From the human T2T-CHM13v2.0 reference genome, Homo sapiens: 64,000 bases of DNA. A model generated the notes under the pieces. The model saw nothing but the letters and a program-made list of their open reading frames with translations. It did no database searches and was not told the origin of the DNA. Both the position numbers and the translations under genes were made by a program. The stretch lies in NCBI RefSeq assembly GCF_009914755.1, contig NC_060940.1. One strand, 5' to 3'. Of the stretch, positions 1 to 11,200 are shown one piece after another. Within the stretch, counting starts at the first letter, position 1. The number at the start of each line of letters is the position of its first letter.

Positions 1-235
1 CAGAGCAGATTTGAAAGTCTCTTTTTGTGGAATTTGCAAGTGGAGATTTCAAGCGCTTTGAGGCCAAAAGCAGAAAAGGAAATATTTTCCTATAAAAACT
101 CGACAGAATCTTTCTCAGAAACTGCTCTGGGATGTGTGCGTTCAACTCACAGAGTTTAACTTTTCTTTTCATTCAGCAGTTTGGAAACACTCTGTTTGGA
201 AAGTCTGCACGTGGATATTTTGACCTCTTTGAGGC

Positions 236-252
236 CTTCGTTGGAAACGGGT
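236..252 (+). promoter_or_regulatory. CENP-B box in m1 (representative of ~188 box positions, one per ~340 bp)
   Basis: CTTCGTTGGAAACGGGT matches the CENP-B core nTTCGnnnnAnnCGGGn. The count of 188 comes from the unit structure (33x5 + 4x4 + 6 + 1). Confidence 0.95.
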
Positions 253-575
253 TTTTTTCATGTAAGGCTAGACAGAAGAAATCTCAGTAACTTCCTTGTG
301 TTGTGTGTATTCAACTGACAGAGTTGAACCTTCCTTTAGACAGAGCAGATTCGAAACACTCTTTTTCTGCAATTTGCAAGTGGAGACTTCAAGCGCTTTG
401 AGGCCAAAGGCAGAAAAGGAAATATCTTCGTATAAAAACCCGACAGAATCATTCTCAGAAACTGCTCTGTGATGTGTGCGTTCAACTCACAGAGTTTAAC
501 TTTTCTTTTCATTCAGCAGTTTGGAAACACTCTGTTTGTAAAGTCTGCAAGTGGATATCTTGGCCTCTTAGAGGC

Positions 576-592
576 CTTCGTTGGAAATGGGT
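576..592 (+). promoter_or_regulatory. Mutated CENP-B box in m3 (core CGGG to TGGG)
   Basis: CTTCGTTGGAAATGGGT carries C>T at 588, one of the nine essential core positions. The m3 box is intact in other units (e.g. 2275-2291). Confidence 0.9.
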
Positions 593-914
593 TTTTTCAT
601 GTAAGGTTAGACAGAGGAATTCCCAGTAACTTCCTTGTGTTGTGTGCATTCAACTCACAGAGTTGAATGATTCTTTACACAGAGCAGATTTGAGACACTC
701 TTTTGGTGGAATTTGTAAGTGGAGAATTCAGCCGCTTTGAGGTCAACGGTAGAAAAGGAAATATCTTCGTATAAAAACTAGACAGAATGATTCTCAGAAA
801 CTGTTTTGTGATGTGTGCGTTCAACTCACAGAGTTTAACCTTTCTTTTCAAAGAGCAGTTAGGAAACACTCTGTTTGTAAAGTCTGCAAGTGGATATTCA
901 GACCTCTTTGAGGC

Positions 915-931
915 CTTCGTTGGAAACGGGA
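915..931 (+). promoter_or_regulatory. CENP-B box in m5
   Basis: CTTCGTTGGAAACGGGA, a perfect canonical 17-mer. Confidence 0.95.
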
Positions 932-1254
932 TTTCTTCATATTATGCTAGACAGATGAATTCTCAGTAACTTCCTTGTGTTGTGTGTATTCAACTCACAG
1001 AGTTGAACGATCCTTTACACAGAGCAGATTTGAAACACTGTTTTTCTGGAATTTGCAAGTGGAGATTTCAGCCGCTTTGAGGTCAATGGTAGAAAAGGAA
1101 ATATCTTCGTATAAAAACTAGACAGAATGATTCTCAGAAACTCCTTTGTGATGTGTGCGTTCAACTCACAGAGTTTAACCTTTCTTTTCACAGAGCAGTT
1201 AGGAAACACTCTGTTTGTGAAGCCTGCCAGTGGATATTCGGACCTCTTTGAGGC

Positions 1255-1271
1255 CTTCGTTGGAAACGGGA
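1255..1271 (+). promoter_or_regulatory. CENP-B box in m7
   Basis: CTTCGTTGGAAACGGGA, a perfect canonical 17-mer. Confidence 0.95.
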
Positions 1272-1594
1272 TTTCTTCATATTATGCTAGACAGAAGATT
1301 TCTCAGTAACTTCTTTGTGTTGTGTGTATGCAACTCACAGAGTTCAACCTTCCTTTAGACAGAGCAGATTTGAAACACTCTTTTTGTGGAATTTGCAAGT
1401 GGAGATTTCAAGCGCTTCGATGCCAATGGTAGAAAAGGAAATATCTTCGTATAAAAACAAGACAAACTCGTTCCCAGACACTGCGTAGTGATGTGTGTGT
1501 TTAACTCACAGAGTTTAACCTTTCTTTTCATACAGCATTCTGGAAACCCTGTGTTTGTAAAGTCTGCAAGTGGATATTTGGACCTCTTAGATGC

Positions 1595-1611
1595 CTTCGT
1601 TGGAAACGGGA
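1595..1611 (+). promoter_or_regulatory. CENP-B box in m9
   Basis: CTTCGTTGGAAACGGGA, a perfect canonical 17-mer. Confidence 0.95.
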
Positions 1612-4600
1612 TTTCTTCATATAATGCTAGAGGGAAGAATTCTTAGTAACTTCTTTGTGTTGTGTGTATTCAACTGACAGAGTTGAACCTTCCTTTAGAC
1701 AGAGCAGATTTGAAAGTCTCTTTTTGTGGAATTTGCAAGTGGAGATTTCAAGCGCTTTGAGGCCAAAAGCAGAAAAGGAAATATTTTCCTATAAAAACTC
1801 GACAGAATCTTTCTCAGAAACTGCTCTGGGATGTGTGCGTTCAACTCACAGAGTTTAACTTTTCTTTTCATTCAGCAGTTTGGAAACACTCTGTTTGGAA
1901 AGTCTGCACGTGGATATTTTGACCTCTTTGAGGCCTTCGTTGGAAACGGGTTTTTTTCATGTAAGGCTAGACAGAAGAAATCTCAGTAACTTCCTTGTGT
2001 TGTGTGTATTCAACTGACAGAGTTGAACCTTCCTTTAGACAGAGCAGATTCGAAACACTCTTTTTCTGCAATTTGCAAGTGGAGACTTCAAGCGCTTTGA
2101 GGCCAAAGGCAGAAAAGGAAATATCTTCGTATAAAAACCCGACAGAATCATTCTCAGAAACTGCTCTGTGATGTGTGCGTTCAACTCACAGAGTTTAACT
2201 TTTCTTTTCATTCAGCAGTTTGGAAACACTCTGTTTGTAAAGTCTGCAAGTGGATATCTTGGCCTCTTAGAGGCCTTCGTTGGAAACGGGTTTTTTCATG
2301 TAAGGTTAGACAGAGGAATTCCCAGTAACTTCCTTGTGTTGTGTGCATTCAACTCACAGAGTTGAATGATTCTTTACACAGAGCAGATTTGAGACACTCT
2401 TTTGGTGGAATTTGTAAGTGGAGAATTCAGCCGCTTTGAGGTCAACGGTAGAAAAGGAAATATCTTCGTATAAAAACTAGACAGAATGATTCTCAGAAAC
2501 TGTTTTGTGATGTGTGCGTTCAACTCACAGAGTTTAACCTTTCTTTTCAAAGAGCAGTTAGGAAACACTCTGTTTGTAAAGTCTGCAAGTGGATATTCAG
2601 ACCTCTTTGAGGCCTTCGTTGGAAACGGGATTTCTTCATATTATGCTAGACAGATGAATTCTCAGTAACTTCCTTGTGTTGTGTGTATTCAACTCACAGA
2701 GTTGAACGATCCTTTACACAGAGCAGATTTGAAACACTGTTTTTCTGGAATTTGCAAGTGGAGATTTCAGCCGCTTTGAGGTCAATGGTAGAAAAGGAAA
2801 TATCTTCGTATAAAAACTAGACAGAATGATTCTCAGAAACTCCTTTGTGATGTGTGCGTTCAACTCACAGAGTTTAACCTTTCTTTTCACAGAGCAGTTA
2901 GGAAACACTCTGTTTGTGAAGCCTGCCAGTGGATATTCGGACCTCTTTGAGGCCTTCGTTGGAAACGGGATTTCTTCATATTATGCTAGACAGAAGATTT
3001 CTCAGTAACTTCTTTGTGTTGTGTGTATGCAACTCACAGAGTTCAACCTTCCTTTAGACAGAGCAGATTTGAAACACTCTTTTTGTGGAATTTGCAAGTG
3101 GAGATTTCAAGCGCTTCGATGCCAATGGTAGAAAAGGAAATATCTTCGTATAAAAACAAGACAAACTCGTTCCCAGACACTGCGTAGTGATGTGTGTGTT
3201 TAACTCACAGAGTTTAACCTTTCTTTTCATACAGCATTCTGGAAACCCTGTGTTTGTAAAGTCTGCAAGTGGATATTTGGACCTCTTAGATGCCTTCGTT
3301 GGAAACGGGATTTCTTCATATAATGCTAGAGGGAAGAATTCTTAGTAACTTCTTTGTGTTGTGTGTATTCAACTGACAGAGTTGAACCTTCCTTTAGACA
3401 GAGCAGATTTGAAAGTCTCTTTTTGTGGAATTTGCAAGTGGAGATTTCAAGCGCTTTGAGGCCAAAAGCAGAAAAGGAAATATTTTCCTATAAAAACTCG
3501 ACAGAATCTTTCTCAGAAACTGCTCTGGGATGTGTGCGTTCAACTCACAGAGTTTAACTTTTCTTTTCATTCAGCAGTTTGGAAACACTCTGTTTGGAAA
3601 GTCTGCACGTGGATATTTTGACCTCTTTGAGGCCTTCGTTGGAAACGGGTTTTTTTCATGTAAGGCTAGACAGAAGAAATCTCAGTAACTTCCTTGTGTT
3701 GTGTGTATTCAACTGACAGAGTTGAACCTTCCTTTAGACAGAGCAGATTCGAAACACTCTTTTTCTGCAATTTGCAAGTGGAGACTTCAAGCGCTTTGAG
3801 GCCAAAGGCAGAAAAGGAAATATCTTCGTATAAAAACCCGACAGAATCATTCTCAGAAACTGCTCTGTGATGTGTGCGTTCAACTCACAGAGTTTAACTT
3901 TTCTTTTCATTCAGCAGTTTGGAAACACTCTGTTTGTAAAGTCTGCAAGTGGATATCTTGGCCTCTTAGAGGCCTTCGTTGGAAACGGGTTTTTTCATGT
4001 AAGGTTAGACAGAGGAATTCCCAGTAACTTCCTTGTGTTGTGTGCATTCAACTCACAGAGTTGAATGATTCTTTACACAGAGCAGATTTGAGACACTCTT
4101 TTGGTGGAATTTGTAAGTGGAGAATTCAGCCGCTTTGAGGTCAACGGTAGAAAAGGAAATATCTTCGTATAAAAACTAGACAGAATGATTCTCAGAAACT
4201 GTTTTGTGATGTGTGCGTTCAACTCACAGAGTTTAACCTTTCTTTTCAAAGAGCAGTTAGGAAACACTCTGTTTGTAAAGTCTGCAAGTGGATATTCAGA
4301 CCTCTTTGAGGCCTTCGTTGGAAACGGGATTTCTTCATATTATGCTAGACAGATGAATTCTCAGTAACTTCCTTGTGTTGTGTGTATTCAACTCACAGAG
4401 TTGAACGATCCTTTACACAGAGCAGATTTGAAACACTGTTTTTCTGGAATTTGCAAGTGGAGATTTCAGCCGCTTTGAGGTCAATGGTAGAAAAGGAAAT
4501 ATCTTCGTATAAAAACTAGACAGAATGATTCTCAGAAACTCCTTTGTGATGTGTGCGTTCAACTCACAGAGTTTAACCTTTCTTTTCACAGAGCAGTTAG

Positions 4601-6905
4601 GAAACACTCTGTTTGTGAAGCCTGCCAGTGGATATTCGGACCTCTTTGAGGCCTTCGTTGGAAACGGGATTTCTTCATATTATGCTAGACAGAAGATTTC
4701 TCAGTAACTTCTTTGTGTTGTGTGTATGCAACTCACAGAGTTCAACCTTCCTTTAGACAGAGCAGATTTGAAACACTCTTTTTGTGGAATTTGCAAGTGG
4801 AGATTTCAAGCGCTTCGATGCCAATGGTAGAAAAGGAAATATCTTCGTATAAAAACAAGACAAACTCGTTCCCAGACACTGCGTAGTGATGTGTGTGTTT
4901 AACTCACAGAGTTTAACCTTTCTTTTCATACAGCATTCTGGAAACCCTGTGTTTGTAAAGTCTGCAAGTGGATATTTGGACCTCTTAGATGCCTTCGTTG
5001 GAAACGGGATTTCTTCATATAATGCTAGAGGGAAGAATTCTTAGTAACTTCTTTGTGTTGTGTGTATTCAACTGACAGAGTTGAACCTTCCTTTAGACAG
5101 AGCAGATTTGAAAGTCTCTTTCTGTGGAATTTGCAAGTGGAGATTTCAAGCGCTTTGAGGCCAAAAGCAGAAAAGGAAATATTTTCCTATAAAAACTCGA
5201 CAGAATCTTTCTCAGAAACTGCTCTGGGATGTGTGCGTTCAACTCACAGAGTTTAACTTTTCTTTTCATTCAGCAGTTTGGAAACACTCTGTTTGGAAAG
5301 TCTGCACGTGGATATTTTGACCTCTTTGAGGCCTTCGTTGGAAACGGGTTTTTTTCATGTAAGGCTAGACAGAAGAAATCTCAGTAACTTCCTTGTGTTG
5401 TGTGTATTCAACTGACAGAGTTGAACCTTCCTTTAGACAGAGCAGATTCGAAACACTCTTTTTCTGCAATTTGCAAGTGGAGACTTCAAGCGCTTTGAGG
5501 CCAAAGGCAGAAAAGGAAATATCTTCGTATAAAAACCCGACAGAATCATTCTCAGAAACTGCTCTGTGATGTGTGCGTTCAACTCACAGAGTTTAACTTT
5601 TCTTTTCATTCAGCAGTTTGGAAACACTCTGTTTGTAAAGTCTGCAAGTGGATATCTTGGCCTCTTAGAGGCCTTCGTTGGAAGCGGGTTTTTTCATGTA
5701 AGGATAGACAGAGGAATTCCCAGTAACTTCCTTGTGTTGTGTGCATTCAACTCACAGAGTTGAATGATTCTTTACACAGAGCACATTTGAGACACTCTTT
5801 TGGTGGAATTTGTAAGTGGAGAATTCAGCCGCTTTGAGGTCAACGATAGAAAAGCAAATATCTTCGTATAAAAACTAGACAGAATGATTCTCAGAAACTG
5901 TTTTGTGATGTGTGCGTTCAACTCACAGAGTTTAACCTTTCTTTTCAAAGAGCAGTTAGGAAACACTCTGTTTGTAAAGTCTGCAAGTGGATATTCAGAC
6001 CTCTTTGAGGCCTTCGTTGGAAACGGGATTTCTTCATATTATGCTAGACAGATGAATTCTCAGTAACTTCCTTGTGTTGTGTGTATTCAACTCACAGAGT
6101 TAAACGATCCTTTACACAGAGCAGATTTGAAACACTGTTTTTCTGGAATTTGCAAGTGGAGATTTCAGCCCCTTTGAGGTCAATGGTAGAAAAGGAAATA
6201 TCTTCGTATAAAAACTAGACAGAATGATTCTCAGAAACTCCTTTGTGATGTGTGCGTTCAACTCACAGAGTTTAACCTTTCTTTTCACAGAGCAGTTAGG
6301 AAACACTCTGTTTGTGAAGCCTGCCAGTGGATATTCGGACCTCTTTGAGGCCTTCGTTGGAAACGGGTTTTCTTCATATTACGCTAGACAGAAGATTTCT
6401 CAGTAACTTCTTTGGGTTGTGTGTATGCAACTCACAGAGTTCAACCTTCCTTTAGACAGAGCAGATTTGAAACACTCTTTTTGTGGAATTTGCAAGTGGA
6501 GATTTCAAGCGCTTCGATGCCAATGGTAGAAAAGGAAATATCTTCGTATAAAAACAAGACAAACTCGTTCCCAGACACTGCGTAGTGATGTGTGTGTTTA
6601 ACTCACAGAGTTTAACCTTTCTTTTCATACAGCATTCTGGAAACCCTGTGTTTGTAAAGTCTGCAAGTGGATATTTGGACCTCTTAGATGCCTTCGTTGG
6701 AAACGGGATTTCTTCATATAATGCTAGAGGGAAGAATTCTTAGTAACTTCTTTGTGTTGTGTGTATTCAACTGACAGAGTTGAACCTTCCTTTAGACAGA
6801 GCAGATTTGAAAGTCTCTTTTTGTGGAATTTGCAAGTGGAGATTTCAAGCGCTTTGAGGCCAAAAGCAGAAAAGGAAATATTTTCCTATAAAAACTCGAC
6901 AGAAT

Positions 6906-8264
6906 CTTTCTCAGAAACTGCTCTGGGACGTGTGCGTTCAACTCACAGAGTTTAACTTTTCTTTTCATTCAGCAGTTTGGAAACACTCTGTTTGGAAAGT
7001 CTGCACGTGGATATTTTGACCTCTTTGAGGCCTTCGTTGGAAACGGGTTTTTTTCATGTAAGGCTAGACAGAAGAAATCTCAGTAACTTCCTTGTGTTGT
7101 GTGTATTCAACTGACAGAGTTGAACCTTCCTTTAGACAGAGCAGATTCGAAACACTCTTTTTCTGCAATTTGCAAGTGGAGACTTCAAGCGCTTTGAGGC
7201 CAAAGGCAGAAAAGGAAATATCTTCGTATAAAAACCCGACAGAATCATTCTCAGAAACTGCTCTGTGATGTGTGCGTTCAACTCACAGAGTTTAACTTTT
7301 CTTTTCATTCAGCAGTTTGGAAACACTCTGTTTGTAAAGTCTGCAAGTGGATATCTTGGCCTCTTAGAGGCCTTCGTTGGAAACGGGTTTTTTCATGTAA
7401 GGTTAGACAGAGGAATTCCCAGTAACTTCCTTGTGTTGTGTGCATTCAACTCACAGAGTTGAATGATTCTTTACACAGAGCAGATTTGAGACACTCTTTT
7501 GGTGGAATTTGTAAGTGGAGAATTCAGCCGCTTTGAGGTCAACGGTAGAAAAGGAAATATCTTCGTATAAAAACTAGACAGAATGATTCTCAGAAACTCC
7601 TTTGTGATGTGTGCGTTCAACTCACAGAGTTTAACCTTTCTTTTCACAGAGCAGTTAGGAAACACTCTGTTTGTGAAGCCTGCCAGTGGATATTCGGACC
7701 TCTTTGAGGCCTTCGTTGGAAACGGGATTTCTTCATATTATGCTAGACAGAAGATTTCTCAGTAACTTCTTTGTGTTGTGTGTATGCAACTCACAGAGTT
7801 CAACCTTCCTTTAGACAGAGCAGATTTGAAACACTCTTTTTGTGGAATTTGCAAGTGGAGATTTCAAGCGCTTCGATGCCAATGGTAGAAAAGGAAATAT
7901 CTTCGTATAAAAACAAGACAAACTCGTTCCCAGACACTGCGTAGTGATGTGTGTGTTTAACTCACAGAGTTTAACCTTTCTTTTCATACAGCATTCTGGA
8001 AACCCTGTGTTTGTAAAGTCTGCAAGTGGATATTTGGACCTCTTAGATGCCTTCGTTGGAAACGGGATTTCTTCATATAATGCTAGAGGGAAGAATTCTT
8101 AGTAACTTCTTTGTGTTGTGTGTATTCAACTGACAGAGTTGAACCTTCCTTTAGACAGAGCAGATTTGAAAGTCTCTTTCTGTGGAATTTGCATGTGGAG
8201 ATTTCAAGCGCTTTGAGGCCAAAAGCAGAAAAGGAAATATTTTCCTATAAAAACTCGACAGAAT
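6906..8264 (+). repeat. 8-mer HOR variant (1,359 bp; one 340-bp dimer deleted, m4 joined to m7)
   Basis: Anchor spacing 7265 to 8624 is 1,359. The m4 marker CAACGG (C7543) is followed directly by the m7 marker AACTCC (C7599), placing the junction within 7544-7598. Confidence 0.93.
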
Positions 8265-11200
8265 CTTTCTCAGAAACTGCTCTGGGATGTGTGCGTTCAA
8301 CTCACAGAGTTTAACTTTTCTTTTCATTCAGCAGTTTGGAAACACTCTGTTTGGAAAGTCTGCACGTGGATATTTTGACCTCTTTGAGGCCTTCGTTGGA
8401 AACGGGTTTTTTTCATGTAAGGCTAGACAGAAGAAATCTCAGTAACTTCCTTGTGTTGTGTGTATTCAACTGACAGAGTTGAACCTTCCTTTAGACAGAG
8501 CAGATTCGAAACACTCTTTTTCTGCAATTTGCAAGTGGAGACTTCAAGCGCTTTGAGGCCAAAGGCAGAAAAGGAAATATCTTCGTATAAAAACCCGACA
8601 GAATCATTCTCAGAAACTGCTCTGTGATGTGTGCGTTCAACTCACAGAGTTTAACTTTTCTTTTCATTCAGCAGTTTGGAAACACTCTGTTTGTAAAGTC
8701 TGCAAGTGGATATCTTGGCCTCTTAGAGGCCTTCGTTGGAAACGGGTTTTTTCATGTAAGGATAGACAGAGGAATTCCCAGTAACTTCCTTGTGTTGTGT
8801 GCATTCAACTCACAGAGTTGAATGATTCTTTACACAGAGCAGATTTGAGACACTCTTTTGGTGGAATTTGTAAGTGGAGAATTCAGCCGCTTTGAGGTCA
8901 ACGGTAGAAAAGGAAATATCTTCGTATAAAAACTAGGCAGAATGATTCTCAGAAACTGTTTTGTGATGTGTGCGTTCAACTCACAGAGTTTAACCTTTCT
9001 TTTCAAAGAGCAGTTAGGAAACACTCTGTTTGTAAAGTCTGCAAGTGGATATTCAGACCTCTTTGAGGCCTTCGTTGGAAACGGGATTTCTTCATATTAT
9101 GCTAGACAGATGAATTCTCAGTAACTTCCTTGTGTTGTGTGTATTCAACTCACAGAGTTGAACGATCCTTTACACAGAGCAGATTTGAAACACTGTTTTT
9201 CTGGAATTTGCAAGTGGAGATTTCAGCCGCTTTGAGGTCAATGGTAGAAAAGGAAATATCTTCGTATAAAAACTAGACAGAATGATTCTCAGAAACTCCT
9301 TTGTGATGTGTGCGTTCAACTCACAGAGTTTAACCTTTCTTTTCACAGAGCAGTTAGGAAACACTCTGTTTGTGAAGCCTGCCAGTGGATATTCGGACCT
9401 CTTTGAGGCCTTCGTTGGAAACGGGATTTCTTCATATTATGCTAGACAGAAGATTTCTCAGTAACTTCTTTGGGTTGTGTGTATGCAACTCACAGAGTTC
9501 AACCTTCCTTTAGACAGAGCAGATTTGAAACACTCTTTTTGTGGAATTTGCAAGTGGAGATTTCAAGCGCTTCGATGCCAATGGTAGAAAAGGAAATATC
9601 TTCGTATAAAAACAAGACAAACTCGTTCCCAGACACTGCGTAGTGATGTGTGTGTTTAACTCACAGAGTTTCACCTTTCTTTTCATACAGCATTCTGGAA
9701 ACCCTCTGTTTGTAAAGTCTGCAAGTGGATATTTGGACCTCTTAGATGCCTTCGTTGGAAACGGGATTTCTTCATATAATGCTAGAGGGAAGAATTCTTA
9801 GTAACTTCTTTGTGTTGTGTGTATTCAACTGACAGAGTTGAACCTTCCTTTAGACAGAGCAGATTTGAAAGTCTCTTTTTGTGGAATTTGCAAGTGGAGA
9901 TTTCAAGCGCTTTGAGGCCAAAAGCAGAAAAGGAAATATTTTCCTATAAAAACTAGACAGAATCTTTCTCAGAAACTGCTCTGGGATGTGTGCGTTCAAC
10001 TCACAGAGTTTAACTTTTCTTTTCATTCAGCAGTTTGGAAACACTCTGTTTGGAAAGTCTGCACGTGGATATTTTGACCTCTTTGAGGCCTTCGTTGGAA
10101 ACGGGTTTTTTTCATGTAAGGCTAGACAGAAGAAATCTCAGTAACTTCCTTGTGTTGTGTGTATTCAACTGACAGAGTTGAACCTTCCTTTAGACAGAGC
10201 AGATTCGAAACACTCTTTTTCTGCAATTTGCAAGTGGAGACTTCAAGCGCTTTGAGGCCAAAGGCAGAAAAGGAAATATCTTCGTATAAAAACCCGACAG
10301 AATCATTCTCAGAAACTGCTCTGTGATGTGTGCGTTCAACTCACAGAGTTTAACTTTTCTTTTCATTCAGCAGTTTGGAAACACTCTGTTTGTAAAGTCT
10401 GCAAGTGGATATCTTGGCCTCTTAGAGGCCTTCGTTGGAAACGGGTTTTTTCATGTAAGGTTAGACAGAGGAATTCCCAGTAACTTCCTTGTGTTGTGTG
10501 CATTCAACTCACAGAGTTGAATGATTCTTTACACAGAGCAGATTTGAGACACTCTTTTGGTGGAATTTGTAAGTGGAGAATTCAGCCGCTTTGAGGTCAA
10601 CGGTAGAAAAGGAAATATCTTCGTATAAAAACTAGACAGAATGATTCTCAGAAACTCCTTTGTGATGTGTGCGTTCAACTCACAGAGTTTAACCTTTCTT
10701 TTCACAGAGCAGTTAGGAAACACTCTGTTTGTGAAGCCTGCCAGTGGATATTCGGACCTCTTTGAGGCCTTCGTTGGAAACGGGATTTCTTCATATTATG
10801 CTAGACAGAAGATTTCTCAGTAACTTCTTTGTGTTGTGTGTATGCAACTCACAGAGTTCAACCTTCCTTTAGACAGAGCAGATTTGAAACACTCTTTTTG
10901 TGGAATTTGCAAGTGGAGATTTCAAGCGCTTCGATGCCAATGGTAGAAAAGGAAATATCTTCGTATAAAAACAAGACAAACTCGTTCCCAGACACTGCGT
11001 AGTGATGTGTGTGTTTAACTCACAGAGTTTAACCTTTCTTTTCATACAGCATTCTGGAAACCCTGTGTTTGTAAAGTCTGCAAGTGGATATTTGGACCTC
11101 TTAGATGCCTTCGTTGGAAACGGGATTTCTTCATATAATGCTAGAGGGAAGAATTCTTAGTAACTTCTTTGTGTTGTGTGTATTCAACTGACAGAGTTGA

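Larger units (their letters stand above)
110..1808 (+). repeat. Reference 10-mer HOR unit (m1-m10)
   Basis: Monomers start at 110, 279, 450, 618, 789, 958, 1129, 1298, 1469 and 1638. Their lengths are 169, 171, 168, 171, 169, 171, 169, 171, 169 and 171 bp, summing to 1,699; the next m1 starts at 1809. I see one GATC per unit (m6, 1009-1012). Confidence 0.95.

Noticed and set aside
78-215. Short dyads and motifs (GGAAATATTTTCC, AACTCACAGAGTT, E-box CACGTG in m1, TATAAAA)
   Set aside because: These are short, standard parts of alphoid monomers. Nothing in the sequence supports promoter, terminator or stable hairpin function.
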